A stretch of DNA of 64,000 bases. Source: Eledone cirrhosa. Lineage: Eukaryota. A program made the position numbers and the translations under genes. Location of the stretch: the NCBI GenBank assembly GCA_964016885.1, contig OZ024747.1, positions 14,570,001-14,634,000 on the forward strand, written 5' to 3'. Positions 43,205 through 60,831 of this stretch are shown one piece after another. Position 1 is the first letter of the stretch, and each line of letters starts with the position of its first letter. The notes under the pieces were generated by a model that worked only from the letters and a program-made list of their open reading frames with translations, was not told the origin of the DNA and did no database searches.

Positions 43205-46200
43205 GCAGCGGAACATCTAGATTGTACCTAGATAGTGTTCTAGTTAGAAAGAAGGATAGGGACATGTTAAGCTGTCCACAAATGTTCATGGTTGCCTATT
43301 CAGATCACAAATTAGTGACCAGATTAGTCAACCTTGACAAAACCCATAGACAGGGACCCGGCTACTGGAAGCTGAGCTCATCGTTACCGATATGCAAAGC
43401 CTTCAGTAGACGGATTAGCACTTTAGTTAAGCAGCTCTTGACAGGGGCCATTGTCAACAACAGATGGTGGTACTCTCTCAAGAGGGCAGTTAGATTAGAC
43501 TCGATAGGTTTTAGTAAAGAATTTGTGTTAGATAGAAATAAGACCGAAAAGGAACTGGTAGATAAAGTAGAAGAGGCACCTAGGAGTGGAAACGTAGCCA
43601 GCGTGCTAGCGACGATAACGGCCTTGGACGAGTTCTTCGACGCAAAGCATGAAGGCTGCGTTGTCAGAAGCAAAATACGTGCTCTTGGAAATGAGGGAGC
43701 TAAAGCTGTTAGCTGGGCCCGAGTGACGGAGGCGAAAAGTGGCAACAATTCCACGATTCGGTCTTTGAAGGACCAAGACGGACGCGTGATACGTGAGCCG
43801 AAGCAAATATGCGCGGCCTTTCAGCGGCACTTTGCTCAACTGTTCGGGCAGGGCGGCGCGCCAGGAGGGTCTATGGATTTCGGTTCATACCTCGACGGCC
43901 TACCGCGACTCTCGGACAGCGAGGCCAAGTTCTGCGAAGGGCTGATTTCGGCCGCTGAGATAGGGGACGCGCTGAGCCAATGCGGCAAACGCAAACCTCC
44001 AAGTCTCGACGGTCTACCCAACGAATTTTACGTAGCAATGCCGGACTTGTTCTCCGGTCTCCTGGAAGCCGTCTACTTCAACTGGCAGCAGAACCGGAGA
44101 ATTCCCAGTTCTGTGACCAAGGGCGTAATCACGTTAGTCAGGAAGGACGAGAACAAGGGGGATGACATAGGCAACTTCCGGCCCATAACTCTGCTCAACA
44201 CAGAGTTACAGATTTTGGCCAAGGTGTTGGCAAAGAGGCTGGCGCTTGTCGTCGAAAACCTGGTGGGAGAAGCGCAGACATGCGCAATCACGACCAGATC
44301 GATAGACAAAAACCTCCACCTCATGCGATACATCATAGAGAGGGTATGGTGTAAACCTAGCTTCGGTGGGGCCCTGATCAACTTGGATCAGTCTAAGGCT
44401 TTCGATAGGGTTGACCATCGTTACCTGGACGCGGTGCTCGAGGCGGCAGGCTTCGGTCCCGTGTTCAGAGACTGGATTGCTGCAATGCACAACAGCAACA
44501 TCTGCTCAAGGGTCAAGGTGAACGGCTACCTCTCGGAGCCGTTCCATATCACGCGATCCATCCGACAGGGAAGCCCTCTCTCCTCCCTTCTGTACGCACT
44601 GACTCTCGAGCCACTACTGCGGAAGTTGGAGCTATTGCGGGGCATCCCTTTTGAACCGGGACTGCGAAAAGCGGCGGCGGCCTACGCCGACGACGTGACA
44701 GTAATGGTGTCGAGAACCTCGCAAATTGGGGAGATCGGCACCTTACTGGAGGAATACGAAAGGTTCACAGGAGCGAAGCTGAATCGGGACAAATCCGTCG
44801 GTTTGCAACTCGGAACGTGGAGAGGCAAACCGATGCCTTCCGATTACGTCGTCGGACGATGGACGGAAGTACCGGTAAAGCTGCTCGGGGTCTGGTTTGA
44901 TCCTGACCTTCAGGTGGAGAACTGAAACGAGGTGACAGCCAAGGTGTTTGCGCTCATCCAGGAGTGGGCCGAGTGCAAACTATCCTTGAAAGGTCGAGCG
45001 GAGGTGGCGAACACTTTTATAGCGTCCGTCATCTACTACCGCTTGATCGTTGTGCCTTGTCCAGCCAAAACGCGCACCAAAATGGAGCGCGCGCTCTTCC
45101 AATTCCTTTGGAAGAAACGGGCTCCTTTAGTGAGAAGATCCATCTGCTGCCTACACCCTTCAAACGGAGGGCTGGGGATGGTGTGGCTGACGATGCGCAA
45201 ACACGCGCTCAGGCTGCGGCACCTCCACGTATTTCTCACCAGACAACCGGTGTGAGCCTCGTTCGTGAGGCGAGCCTTCCCACGACTCGTCTCGCTGACC
45301 GAGCTACAGACCTGGGTTAAGCAAAGACCGAGGAAAATGGGCGACTGGCATATCGGATGTGCTCAGGCGCTCACAGTCCTCTGGCAAACGGACCTGGCGA
45401 TCAGTGGAGACTCCACTTCGACATTCTATAGAGGGTTGGTCCACAGTAAGTGCGACAACACGCTCGGAGAAACTCTATGCGTAAAGGAGGACGAACTGGC
45501 CATTCTGTTCGGTAGGACCTTCCGCCCGGGACCAATGGACAACTTCCAAAAGTGCTTGGCCTGGCAGTGCTACCGAGGAGCTCTACCAGTTCGAGACAAG
45601 CTCTACAGACACGGGTGCCCGGGTAGGGACCCTTCGAAAAAGATCTGTCCGAGATGCGTGCGCGACGAGGAAACCGTTGCACACGCATTTGTACACTGCC
45701 CGGGCGTTACCGACCTGTAGGGCTATGTAGAACGACTATTGTCACGGGTGGGACCAATCCAGTTGACCACCAAATCCATTGTCATGATCAAACCGCCACC
45801 CTCCTTCAAAAACGAGGGAGAGGCGGTTTTCCTATGTGTTACGGCTATGATGAAAGAGGTTATATGGTGGACGAGGTTAAAAGGGCTGAGGTCAGATACC
45901 TTTCTCTCCGGAGAGGAACTGATTCGTTTTTTCAAATATCATTTTGGAAGAAGAATCAGGATGGAGAGAGAGGTGCTGTACCCCAGCAAATTTTATAAAA
46001 GGTGGGTGAATGTGGCAAAGATGGCCCAAGCCTGTAGCTTGAGGAAAAAGAGGAAGAGAGGAAGAGAGTACTCACTCTTGGTGCTCCTGGAGATGAGGGT
46101 TGTACATTTGTCGGGGTGTGTACAACCCCTGTGTAACACCTCCCCCTATTGGGGATTTCAATTGTTATTTGTTATTGTATTAATAGTTTTATTTTCATAT

Positions 46201-46268
46201 ACCTGTATGTAAACTCCTCATTTGTATTTGTCCCCTTCTTTTGTGCCCTTGTGGCTAATAAAGACATT
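43205..46268 (+). pseudogene. Tx1-clade LINE copy B: ORF2 (APE endonuclease C-terminus, reverse transcriptase, CCHC knuckle), one frame with three premature stops, plus 3'UTR
   Basis: YLD..SDH (APE end), GPGYWKL (Tx1 linker), LDGLPNEFY, FRPITLLN, LDQSKAFDRVDH, RQGSPLS, AYADDV, GGLG, CPRC..HAFVHC. ORFs 43222, 44932, 45265 and 45739 are all in the same frame. 17-bp TSD TATCTATCTGTCTGTCT at 43188-43204 and 46269-46285. Confidence 0.95.
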
Positions 46269-46599
46269 TATCTATCTGTCTGTCTATTTTTCTCGTTCTC
46301 ATACACATATATTGTTTATTCACTTAATAGTGTTGATGTGTAACTAGTAAATTAATGAAGAACATAGTACATTCTATTCCGCGAAGTATTGAGTAGTTTT
46401 CTTTGTATATGTAAGTTTCGTTCTCATGAAAAAATAAATACAAACATTTCCCCAGTTTCCAGCTACCAAAGTTAACCTGCGGTGTATTCATGAACTCAAT
46501 ACTATATTAGAATACACGTGTACTAGATGCCTTGCAGTGAAATCGACCACGGACCACCGTAGTTTCAAGGCGGACGTTTTAACCACACAAACACGCGTG

Positions 46600-47300
46600 A
46601 GTAGATGATGGCTGTTCGCATTGTTCCCGAGTCATTTTGAACATATATGATTTCTATTCAAATGTATCATTGTTACATTTCTGATTTATTGCGTGTGTAT
46701 ATAAGCTATATATTTTCAGTTTTGATGGGGAAATGTCTGCATATGTCCCGAGGGATATAATGGTACATTAAGTCCTATTCTCTGTTTAGGTGGACTACGC
46801 AAGCAGGAATGTATGGTGTGAATGATTCTTTATGCTTCTGGCAGAATCTGTCATTGACGTACGTTCTAATTTTATTATTTCATATTTGTAGATTTTTAGT
46901 GTTGTTTCAGTTTTTGTTGGGTTAAAAATAAAGTCCAGTAAGATTAATCCTGACCTGTTTTGCTTCTAGTCCAGAAAGTGTTTAATTATTGTTGGTATTT
47001 ACTTCGCCTCGATTTGTTTCTGTTCAATCGTGTAGAATAGTGATCATTGTGGGGGATATTCTCTCCACTTTTCTTTAATATCTTTTGCAATGTTGCTTTG
47101 AGCTTTTCTGTTATGTCTCTGTATTTTCCATTGTTTTCTATATTTTAATTTTGTCCGTTCAATGTCACACCAGCTTAAGATATACTGAAATCTTTGCAGA
47201 TATGCTTCATGACAAAGGTTATTATATTCTGATTTAATGCATCCTTTATGAAGCTACAGTTTTAGAAAGATTGTCACAGTATCGCAAACAATCAGTATGT
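46600..47300 (-). mobile_element. Ancient, heavily decayed R4/Dong-like fragment (post-RT and CCHC region)
   Basis: Minus frames give KEKWREYPPQ, NTKNLQ, DRFCQKHKESFTPYIPAC and DICRHFPIKTE, loosely like the Dong CCHC region; many stops. Confidence 0.4.
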
Positions 47301-47872
47301 TTTACTGGCTATTTGATTAAATCTACAAATATTAGTCATTCGATAATAAGGGCGGAGGATTACCAGAATTGTTATAGAGTCAAACAATGTGCCTCGTGGG
47401 ATTTCGTTATGCTAACCATTGACACCCTTTTAGGTTAATTACGCGATTTATAATTTCTGAGACTATAAATAAATTAACAGTGAAGAACTGAGGTCTATAT
47501 AATCGGTTGTTCCAGCCGTCCCTGAAATTTCTCTCTTTGGGCATACGATAGAAAAATTTTGGATTATTAATGTCTGTAGAAGTTTGCACTCAATTAGCTG
47601 GAACATTTATTAATGTCAATGATTGCAATAATCAACTCTCAACAAGTTAGCAATTATTTGATTAAACAAAATGAACCAACGCGGCTTTTGTTGATGTTAT
47701 TGTTAGTGATGGGGATGTTGTTTAAATAGAGATGAAATCTGATAAAGTATAACTGTGATCGAAGTAGTTATAGCTATAGCCATCCAAATCATATCCATAG
47801 ATAAGGTCTCGTTTGAGAACGCAACCGGATCAGTTGGAAACGGAAAAAGTGGGCGAAGAGGAAGGAGATAAA

Positions 47873-47906
<34 letters not shown>

Positions 47907-47939
47907 TTATCTTTCTCTCTCTCTCAATCTCTCTCTCTC

Positions 47940-48960
47940 TCGCTGGTCGCCGTTTGCTAGACGCGTCTTTCTCCAGCTCATCTCCTTGTCGGAGACCGAG
48001 AGGGAGTACTTGGTAACTGGAATGTCTTCAGGTGCTCACAGCCCTCGACCAGTCGGACAATGTGATCGGTGGAAACTCCATCTTGGCGTTCTATAGAAGA
48101 TTAGTAGAGGGGAAGAGCGACGACGTACTTGGAGAAACTCTAGGCGTCGACGAAAATCAACTAGCCAATCTCTTCGGAAGAACTTTCGGGCCGGGGCCTA
48201 TGGACAACTTCCAGAAATCCCTGGCCTGGCAGTGCTACTGAGGAGTTTGCCAGCTCGGGATAAACTCTACAGGCATGGAGGTGCCGTCAGCCGGGCATGT
48301 CCGAGATGCGCGCAGGGCGACGAAACCGTCCTGCACGCATTCGTCCAGTGTCCGAGCATTGCTTATTTGCGGGTTTATGTCGAACACCTGCTGTCACGTG
48401 TAGGACGGATCCAGCTATCAGCTGAGTCCATCGTGAGGATTGCCCCGCCCTCTTCATTTAGCCGGGAAGGGCAGGCAGTTTTTATCTGTCTGGTGGCCAT
48501 GGCGAAAGAGATAGTATGGTGGACACGTTTGAAAGGGCTGAAGACGAGCACTTACCTCTTCGGTGATGCCCTGATTAACTTTTTCAAATTTCATTTGAAA
48601 AAGGAAAATCAGGGTAGAGCGGGAAGTGCTCTCTTCCCAGCATTTTGTTGAAAGATGGATGAGAGAAGCAAGTATGGCCCGAGTGAATGGGCCTACTCTG
48701 AGTACGTGTCTTTAAATTAAAGGTGGAAAACTGGGAGAGGGCACTTGCCCTAGTGGTCACGGTCACTGTGGCCTTTTACTGGGCTTTCTCCACAAATGTC
48801 CCTCGGAAGTCTCCCCCCTATTGGGGAATTTTTCATTGTTATTTTTTATTACATCCTCTGTTTTTTTTACACGAAGAAATGTCCATTTGTACCGTCCTGT
48901 ATTGTCCTGTACTGTCCTTAATGTCTACTTTATGTAAACCCTTGTGGTTAATAAAGGAAT
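47940..48960 (+). pseudogene. Tx1-clade LINE copy C (different subfamily), 3' part of ORF2 + 3'UTR, (TTA)n tail
   Basis: FGRTFGPGPMDNFQKSLAWQCY..RDKLYRHG..CPRC..HAFVQC..KEIVWWTRLKG; ends AATAAA then (TTA/CTA)n; 3'UTR shared with 241-700. Confidence 0.9.
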
Positions 48961-49374
48961 CATTATTATTACTATTATTATTATTACTATTATTATTATT
49001 ACTATTATTATTATTACTATTATTACTATATATATATGAGTGTGTGCGTGTTTGTATGTATGCACATCCATGCGCATTCAGCTTCGTATATGTGGGAATA
49101 CATAACATTTATTTGCCTAAAACTACATATGCCTTGTTTGCAAAGTTCAATTTTATACGCATGGGCAAATAATATGCTGTTGTAACATTCGTTACACACA
49201 TGATTATCAGATTCATGTAAAATAACAACACGATCTTGTCTTGTACAGGAAGTAATCTTTAATCAAATGCCAATAATTAGATACAAATATATTTAACCCA
49301 CCACGTTCACCTACAAAACAAGACACACACAAACACATACGCACACAAATGCACACACAAACACACAAACACAC

Positions 49375-49780
<406 letters not shown>

Positions 49781-50451
49781 GTATAGATAAATAGATAAGT
49801 AGATATGTATTCACACACATACGTAAATAGATAAGTAGATATGTATTCACACACATACGTAAATAGCTGCCCGCAGCATTAACAAACAACAAGATTATCA
49901 TAGGTAACAACAGCCTAGATATTTGCAATAAATACATAAATACATAAATATACCATAACATTTCATCAATTAAAGAAGAAAAAAAAAAAAAGCAGCAATA
50001 TATACAAGAAAATTATATACAAACATTTAAACAAAAAATAAGTTTACCATAAAACGCTCACTAGCAATAGTCATTCGCTAATCATTTGATGGGGAAATTA
50101 GAAAATATTGTATACATGTAGATTATTATAAAATTAGTTTTCAGATTTAAAAAAATATATATATATTCAATTCTATTAGCTATTTGAAAATTATTCTATG
50201 TTCTATTTTGAATCATATAAATAGCGGTAAAAGGTAAACTGAAGGAAATTGGTGAATAATACTTTTAGTTATTTTACATAAACCCTTTACATTTTATGTA
50301 TTTCACTTTTGCCATTAACTTCTGTCTATATTCTCTTTTATTTTCATTTTCATCCGCCATTCTGCTGGCTGTCTCTCATAATAAAAGCATTATCATTTTC
50401 TATCTATCTATATATCTTTTATTCAATACACAAATGTGTTATATATATATG

Positions 50452-50486
<35 letters not shown>

Positions 50487-50511
50487 ATATATATGCTTAA
50501 CCACCCATATG

Positions 50512-50548
<37 letters not shown>

Positions 50549-50607
50549 GAATATATATATATGTAACTGTATATATATATATAATAAATTCGGTTATCGC
50601 CGTAATC

Positions 50608-51583
<976 letters not shown>

Positions 51584-52005
51584 TATACATTGATATATAT
51601 ATATACATTATACATTGATATATATATATACATTGATCTTTAAATTACGTTCAAGGCCAGTAAATTTGATGGGGGCGGGCATCGTTGAGTTATTCCACTC
51701 CAGTACTAGACTGGTGCATTATATTATGCACTCTGTAAGGCAACATTAATCTTTGTGGTATTTGAACACAGTATGAAAAGCGCCAGAACAAATATTGCAT
51801 TGGCATTTTATCTGACGCCATATATATAATACATCTATCGACCTACCTATCGATATTTCTATCCATGTATATGTCTGTTTCGCTCTTAAAATGCATATAT
51901 TTATTTCTCTCTCTGTTTTTCTTCGTTTCCCCAACTTTCTCATTATCATTGTGCGTATTTGTGTTATTAAGCACAATATGATTTTAAACGCACATCCAAC
52001 TACCT

Positions 52006-52612
<607 letters not shown>

Positions 52613-53480
52613 AAGTGTGCGTATATATATTTTTGTGCACGTATTTTTCGTGTGCTTATTTGAATGTATCTGTGTGTGCACGCGCTCGTGTGTTTCTTTA
52701 AAGGTATATCTATCAATCTATCAGTGTTGTATCCATTAAATACTTCCTGAATACATAAAATATAAAACGGAATAAAAATTGTATTATACGTTAATATGAA
52801 TTATTCATTTGTTGGCTGATATGCAAGTAGTTATAATGTGAAATGATATTGAAATATGTTAGTAGAATATAAAGATGAAAATTTTGATGCAAGAAAATTT
52901 AAACAAGTACAGATGTGGTGATAATAATAGTGATAATGATATCAATAATAATTATCAGTGAAATATTTTGCTTCATATTTGTTGGAACAATTTCTTTCAT
53001 AATTTTTGTGTTTTTTCTGTGTGTATTCTATCCTTATGATTTTATTTTGACTTTGATAAACGACATAAGGTGAGTTTAGTTAACTTCATAAAATAATTCA
53101 ATTTTTGAAGAATTTGAATTTATGTTTTAGTTTTATATATTTTTCTTCGGGTGGGGTGTGGGTTGCGGTGAACAGATTTGTCTTGATTTCTTTTAAAATG
53201 TTGAAATATTTACGTTTCTATTAGCAATCAAAGCAGATAATGTATCTTCCATTATATTGGATGCGCTGGTTATTTAGCTTGAGAAAAAGATAAGAAAACA
53301 AAGTACATCAAAATAATTCTGATTGAAACCTGTATTGTATTGAAGCAATAATAGAGAGAAACGGTAGAGATAGAGAAGGGGAAATAGAGAGAAATAGAGA
53401 TAGAGATGGAAGTGTAAAAGTAATGAGTGAGAGGAAGACAAAGATTGATAGTGAAAACATGTAGAAAGTGAGGCGTATAT

Positions 53481-53519
<39 letters not shown>

Positions 53520-53520
53520 A

Positions 53521-53710
53521 ATACTTGTTTCTACTTTAGGCACAAGGCCAGCAATTACCAAGTGCATTACTGGTACTTTATTTTATCGACCCCGTAAGGA
53601 TGAAAGGCAAAGTCAACCTCGGCGGGATTTGAACTCAGATCGTAAAGGGACGTAACTATGCTTGAAAGCATGGCGTGCGACCCTCAACCGATACTGCCAA
53701 TCCACCGCCC
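53521..53710 (-). mobile_element. SINE family A, full length
   Basis: Matches consensus. Confidence 0.9.
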
Positions 53711-54146
53711 TTATAGATAGTGGTGTGTATAAGATGTGTGAGATGTGTAGAATGAAGGGAAGATTAGAAGAATAAAAATAATAATAACAATACAAGAGAG
53801 AGAGTTACCTTGGGAGAGATTTAATAGTCCCTATATATTTCGGATTCACATCCATCAACTGGGGTTTTTTCCGGGGTGGGGGAAAAGGTTGTCTGTCGGA
53901 CAACTCGGAACTCTCTCTCTTGTGTTGTTATTATTATTTTTATTCTTCTACTCTTCCCTTCATTCTACACATCTCACACATCTTATACACACCACGCATC
54001 TCAACGTACACCCACTTACATATCTCTCTCTCCACCACCGGACCTTGTTACCCGGAGATTTACCCATTTGCATTGTCGAGGCTTCCAAACGACTTATAAA
54101 TATTTACTTATTGTTCCACAATGCTTCAAGCAAACTTCAATACTCT

Positions 54147-54215
<69 letters not shown>

Positions 54216-54599
54216 AAAGAGGGGGGGATAATGAAGACAGGAAAGGAGGAGAGAGATGGTGAACAAATATATCCAGCATAAATTGAAGGAAGTGAGTTTG
54301 GGTATGTACCACCATAATAAAATAATTGGAAGATATCATTTGAAAAATTATGAAAATATCATAGAATTGTTGGTGGTGGTGGCGTTGTGTGTAGTTGTTG
54401 TCGGTGGTGCTGTGTGTAATGATGGAGTTGATGAAGTTGATTGTGGTGATGGTGTTGGTAGATTATGTGTTTATGGTTGTAGTGGTCTTGGTCCTGGTAG
54501 TGATTGTGGTTGTTTTTGGTGGTTGTTGGTGGTGTGAAGAATTAAAAGACTTCAAATTGTTGTCTTCTCGTGGAAATATGTAAGAAGCTTTATAACGCT

Positions 54600-54772
54600 G
54601 GCACAAGGCCAGCAATTACCCAATGTATTACTGGTACTTTATTTTATCGACCCCGTAAGGATGAAAGGCAAAGTTAACCTCGGCGGGATTTGAACTCGGA
54701 ATGGCAAGGGCCGTAACTCTACGCGTCAAAGCATGGCGTCCGACCCTCTACCAATACTGCCAATCCATCGCG
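54600..54772 (-). mobile_element. SINE family A
   Basis: Matches consensus, lacks the extreme 3' end. Confidence 0.85.
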
Positions 54773-54773
54773 C

Positions 54774-54811
<38 letters not shown>

Positions 54812-54812
<1 letters not shown>

Positions 54813-55152
54813 TGGCCTGCCCATTCGACACGAGAGTGCAAGAGAAGGAGAGGGAGAAAATTAACCGATACCAGGATTTAAAGTGGGAGGTAAAAACGAT
54901 TTGGAACTGCCATGATGTCAAAGTGGTCCCGATTGTCATAGGCGCACTAGGTACTATCTCAAAAAGTTTCCAGGGGTGGTTAAAGAAAATAGGCCCCGCC
55001 ACGCTTTTTGGAACGCTTCAAAGGGCATCCTTCCTGCGAACAGCAAGAACCCTCCGATACGTCCTGAATATCTGAGGCTGCAGGTAGTGGCTTGATATTC
55101 ATTTCAACAAACTTTCCAGTTAACTAACATCAATGACTGAGACTCAAAGAAC
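54812..55152 (+). mobile_element. R4/Dong-clade retrotransposon 3' end (restriction-like endonuclease C-terminus + 3'UTR) in (TAA)n
   Basis: Open frame VACPFDTRVQEKEREKINRYQDLKWEVKTIW..VVPIVIGALGTISK..LQRASFLRTARTLRYVLNI* (stop 55073-55075), the RLE tail with K..Y..L and VVP.VIGALG motifs; (TAA)n on both sides. Confidence 0.9.
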
Positions 55153-55169
55153 AATAATAATAATAATAA

Positions 55170-55218
55170 TAATTGTTTCTACTTTTGGCACAAGGCCAGC
55201 AATTACCCAGTGCATTAC
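55170..55218 (-). mobile_element. SINE-A 3' fragment
   Basis: AATTGTTTCTACTTTTGGCACAAGGCCAGCAATTACCCAGTGCATTAC; its (ATT)n tail is the flank of the Dong element. Confidence 0.8.
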
Positions 55219-56089
55219 TCGAAACAGTGAAAGGAAAGTGAATATTTAATCAATTGTGACAAACTTAAATACTATATTTAAAAGACACTTCAGAGACGTA
55301 ACTAAACGTTTTAAATTCGCAATTGAATACTGTGAAAAGGAGTTTTGAAAACTGATCCTCCCACATAGAGACAGAACATATTTATGCAATGGTTTACGTT
55401 CACTAAATGTGATTTGGTATCATTGTCATTTCTGATTCTTTTTCCTCCATCTTTTTTGTGTTTGCTTCTGCTAGAAAGCTTTTGTAGTATATTTTAGTTT
55501 AAGATATCTTGTTTAAGATATATTTAAGATATTTTGTTTCATTCTCAACAAGATTTGGTTTGCATCAAAGAATCATGGGAATATTAATTTTGTTTCCAAT
55601 TCGTCTTCATATGTTCTTTTTCCTTTTACCATTTTCATATCAAAAGCTTTGATAGATACACATGATATGAATTTTATCAAATATTTCTATAGAAAGTTCA
55701 CAAAATACAGCTTCAAGCAGCTGTTTTGTCACACACATATATGATGAAAATTAAAAATATCTAACTGGGTAGTAAAGTATATATAATAAATATTAAAACA
55801 AACGAGTTTTAAATTACAATAGATGCATTACTAATATAAGATATTCTTAACATAAAACAACGATATTAAGCCAATATTTCGATAAAAGGATAGACTACAT
55901 TGTTATTTATTTATATCATAAATGTAAGAAATTACAATCAAGTATGTTTTGCTACTATTAATGAGTTCGCAATATGCATTTAGTTCAACACATAATTCCC
56001 ATTAGCATTGCCGTTATATATACACATGCGCACACGAGTATAGATATGCACATACACACGAACACTCACTTTTATATACGTCACCGTTG

Positions 56090-56157
<68 letters not shown>

Positions 56158-56199
56158 TGTGCGTGTGTGTGTGTGCGTGTACTCTCCTTCCTCGTCCAC

Positions 56200-56616
56200 T
56201 TATTTCTTAGAGGGTTGTGGAGGGGGGGGGGGGGAGAGTCTTCAAACACTCCTTCCAGCAGGCCCTGTTAGGTAAAACGTCTACAACCGATCCGGTTGAA
56301 ATGCCCAAGCGTGATCAGCCAAGCTTATGGATGTTTTCCAACCATCTTGCACGGAGTCTACTCCTGGGTGTCATACCGGTTGGTTTAGCCCGTAAAATCT
56401 GCCGAGCGATTCATTCTTGAGACATTCTAACTACATGCCCTTAGTATCGCAGCTGTGATCTCTTAATCAGATGTAGCCTCTCTATCTGGAATGACACTCT
56501 GATCTCCAAGCTACGCACGCTTTCGAGTAACGTTACGCTGAATACCTTTCAGATGAGCCTCGTTTCAGCCGCTTGTATTCGTGATCGTAATCTTTCGGTT
56601 ATTATCCAAAATTCAT
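56200..56616 (-). mobile_element. RTE-clade (Expander/Rex3-like) LINE 3' fragment, decayed
   Basis: Minus translation WIITERLRSRIQAAETR..VRSLEIR..IKRSQLRY*GHVVRMSQE*IARQILRAKPTGMTPRSRLRARWLENI. Confidence 0.85.
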
Positions 56617-57091
56617 TACGATCTATGATGGATAGTTAGGATATAAGCGGGCAACTGCCGAATGAATAACAAACCCCAGACTAACAGCAATAAACTTCTA
56701 GAGGAGATCGCGTAATGTGTGACACCTGTAGTACCCCAAAAATCTCTTACAACTGACTGACATATGTATGATAACACAAGGAAAGGTCGCCTTTAAAAAT
56801 GCCTAGAGTTTACGCGTTTGACAATGTAGCAGATTGGTGACTGGCGCTTGTGTAGTGTCTATGTTTCACACGAATAATTGAGAGGAGGCTTCTTCACTAC
56901 TTTATATACTGCCAGTAATTTTAATTGACGTTTGAACGAGAGATATTTTGTGGAATTGACCTTACAGAATGTTCTGTATATTTTTGTCTATTAAGACGCC
57001 GCTTTTGGCGGAACAAGAATTTTGTAATGACCATTGGACTGTAGCGCAATGGCACTGATGAGGATGTTTGGCGTGACAAAACACTTTTGTG

Positions 57092-57096
57092 TATAT

Positions 57097-57195
<99 letters not shown>

Positions 57196-57199
57196 CATG

Positions 57200-57249
<50 letters not shown>

Positions 57250-57253
57250 CATG

Positions 57254-57349
<96 letters not shown>

Positions 57350-57396
57350 CATATATATATACATATATATATACATATATATATATATACATATAC

Positions 57397-57457
<61 letters not shown>

Positions 57458-57460
57458 TAT
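57092..57460. repeat. (TA)n/(TACA) mosaic
   Basis: Direct inspection. Confidence 0.9.
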
Positions 57461-59896
<2,436 letters not shown>

Positions 59897-60831
59897 ACTT
59901 TTTCTAAATTACCTGCCTCTTCATGAACTCTCTTGTTATATCCCCAAAGGGAAAGCATAATTAACCATAGGCGGCCATCTTTCTTTTCCACTTTTCTCAT
60001 GACAGGCTGAAGAAATTGGCGCCCAGAACCCAACGAAACTTGAGTACCTGTTAATGTGACTGTTGTAATTATATACATATATATATATATATATATATAA
60101 ATGTGTGTGTGTGTGTGTGATATTTTATCGTCAATATCCCAACGTTAATGACTATATTAATAAGTGATCTCTGTAAACAATGTTTGAGTAAATCCTGTAA
60201 AATACCCCTTGGGATAGAAAAAACACCTGAATATTGGCCCCTGTCACGAATAGACCGAGTATGTGTATTCTCCCTTACACTAAGTATTGTCTGTTAACCA
60301 ATTTCCGTCATTTAGAAGGTCTTAAGCTAGAAGACTGACCATCTGGTAGACTTATTAGGAAAGTTTAACATATACTTGAAAGGTAGTTATCCCATCGTAT
60401 ATCACTATAACAATAGTCTATCTTTATAAAAAGTAGTTGATGAAATCAATTCAAGTAATCCTGGAGACAGTAAAAAGCAGACAGAGGCGCCTGGACATTT
60501 GAAGTACAATTCATCTGAGGGACTTCTACGCAGTTTCCGAGAACTGAAGTGTTCATTCACAAGGCTTCAGGTGACCCATGGTTCTAGTTAAGGTAGTTGC
60601 CAGAGATGTAACAGAGCAGGATGGAACCTGAGATTTCATGACTACGAAGCAAACTTCTTAAGTATTTAGCCATGTCGCCCTACATATTTATCTATTACTG
60701 GTAAACATTTCTAAATCGTAAATTTAGTTAAAGATTCATTTGCTTTGTTCGTGATAAAAAATGATTTCAATAATTTCAATGTAGAATTAAATATATCTCA
60801 CATATGTAGAATTAAATATGTAGAATTAAAT

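Noticed and set aside
44923-45720. All three premature stops in Tx1 copy B appear to derive from TGG (G-to-A), hinting at deaminase editing
   Set aside because: Three events are too few, and TGG is one transition from a stop under ordinary GC-to-AT bias; a consensus-based mutation spectrum would be needed.
57051-57092. CTGATGAGGATG..AAAACAC next to (TA)n as another hammerhead
   Set aside because: GAAA is missing and stems II/III do not pair convincingly; at most a decayed relic.
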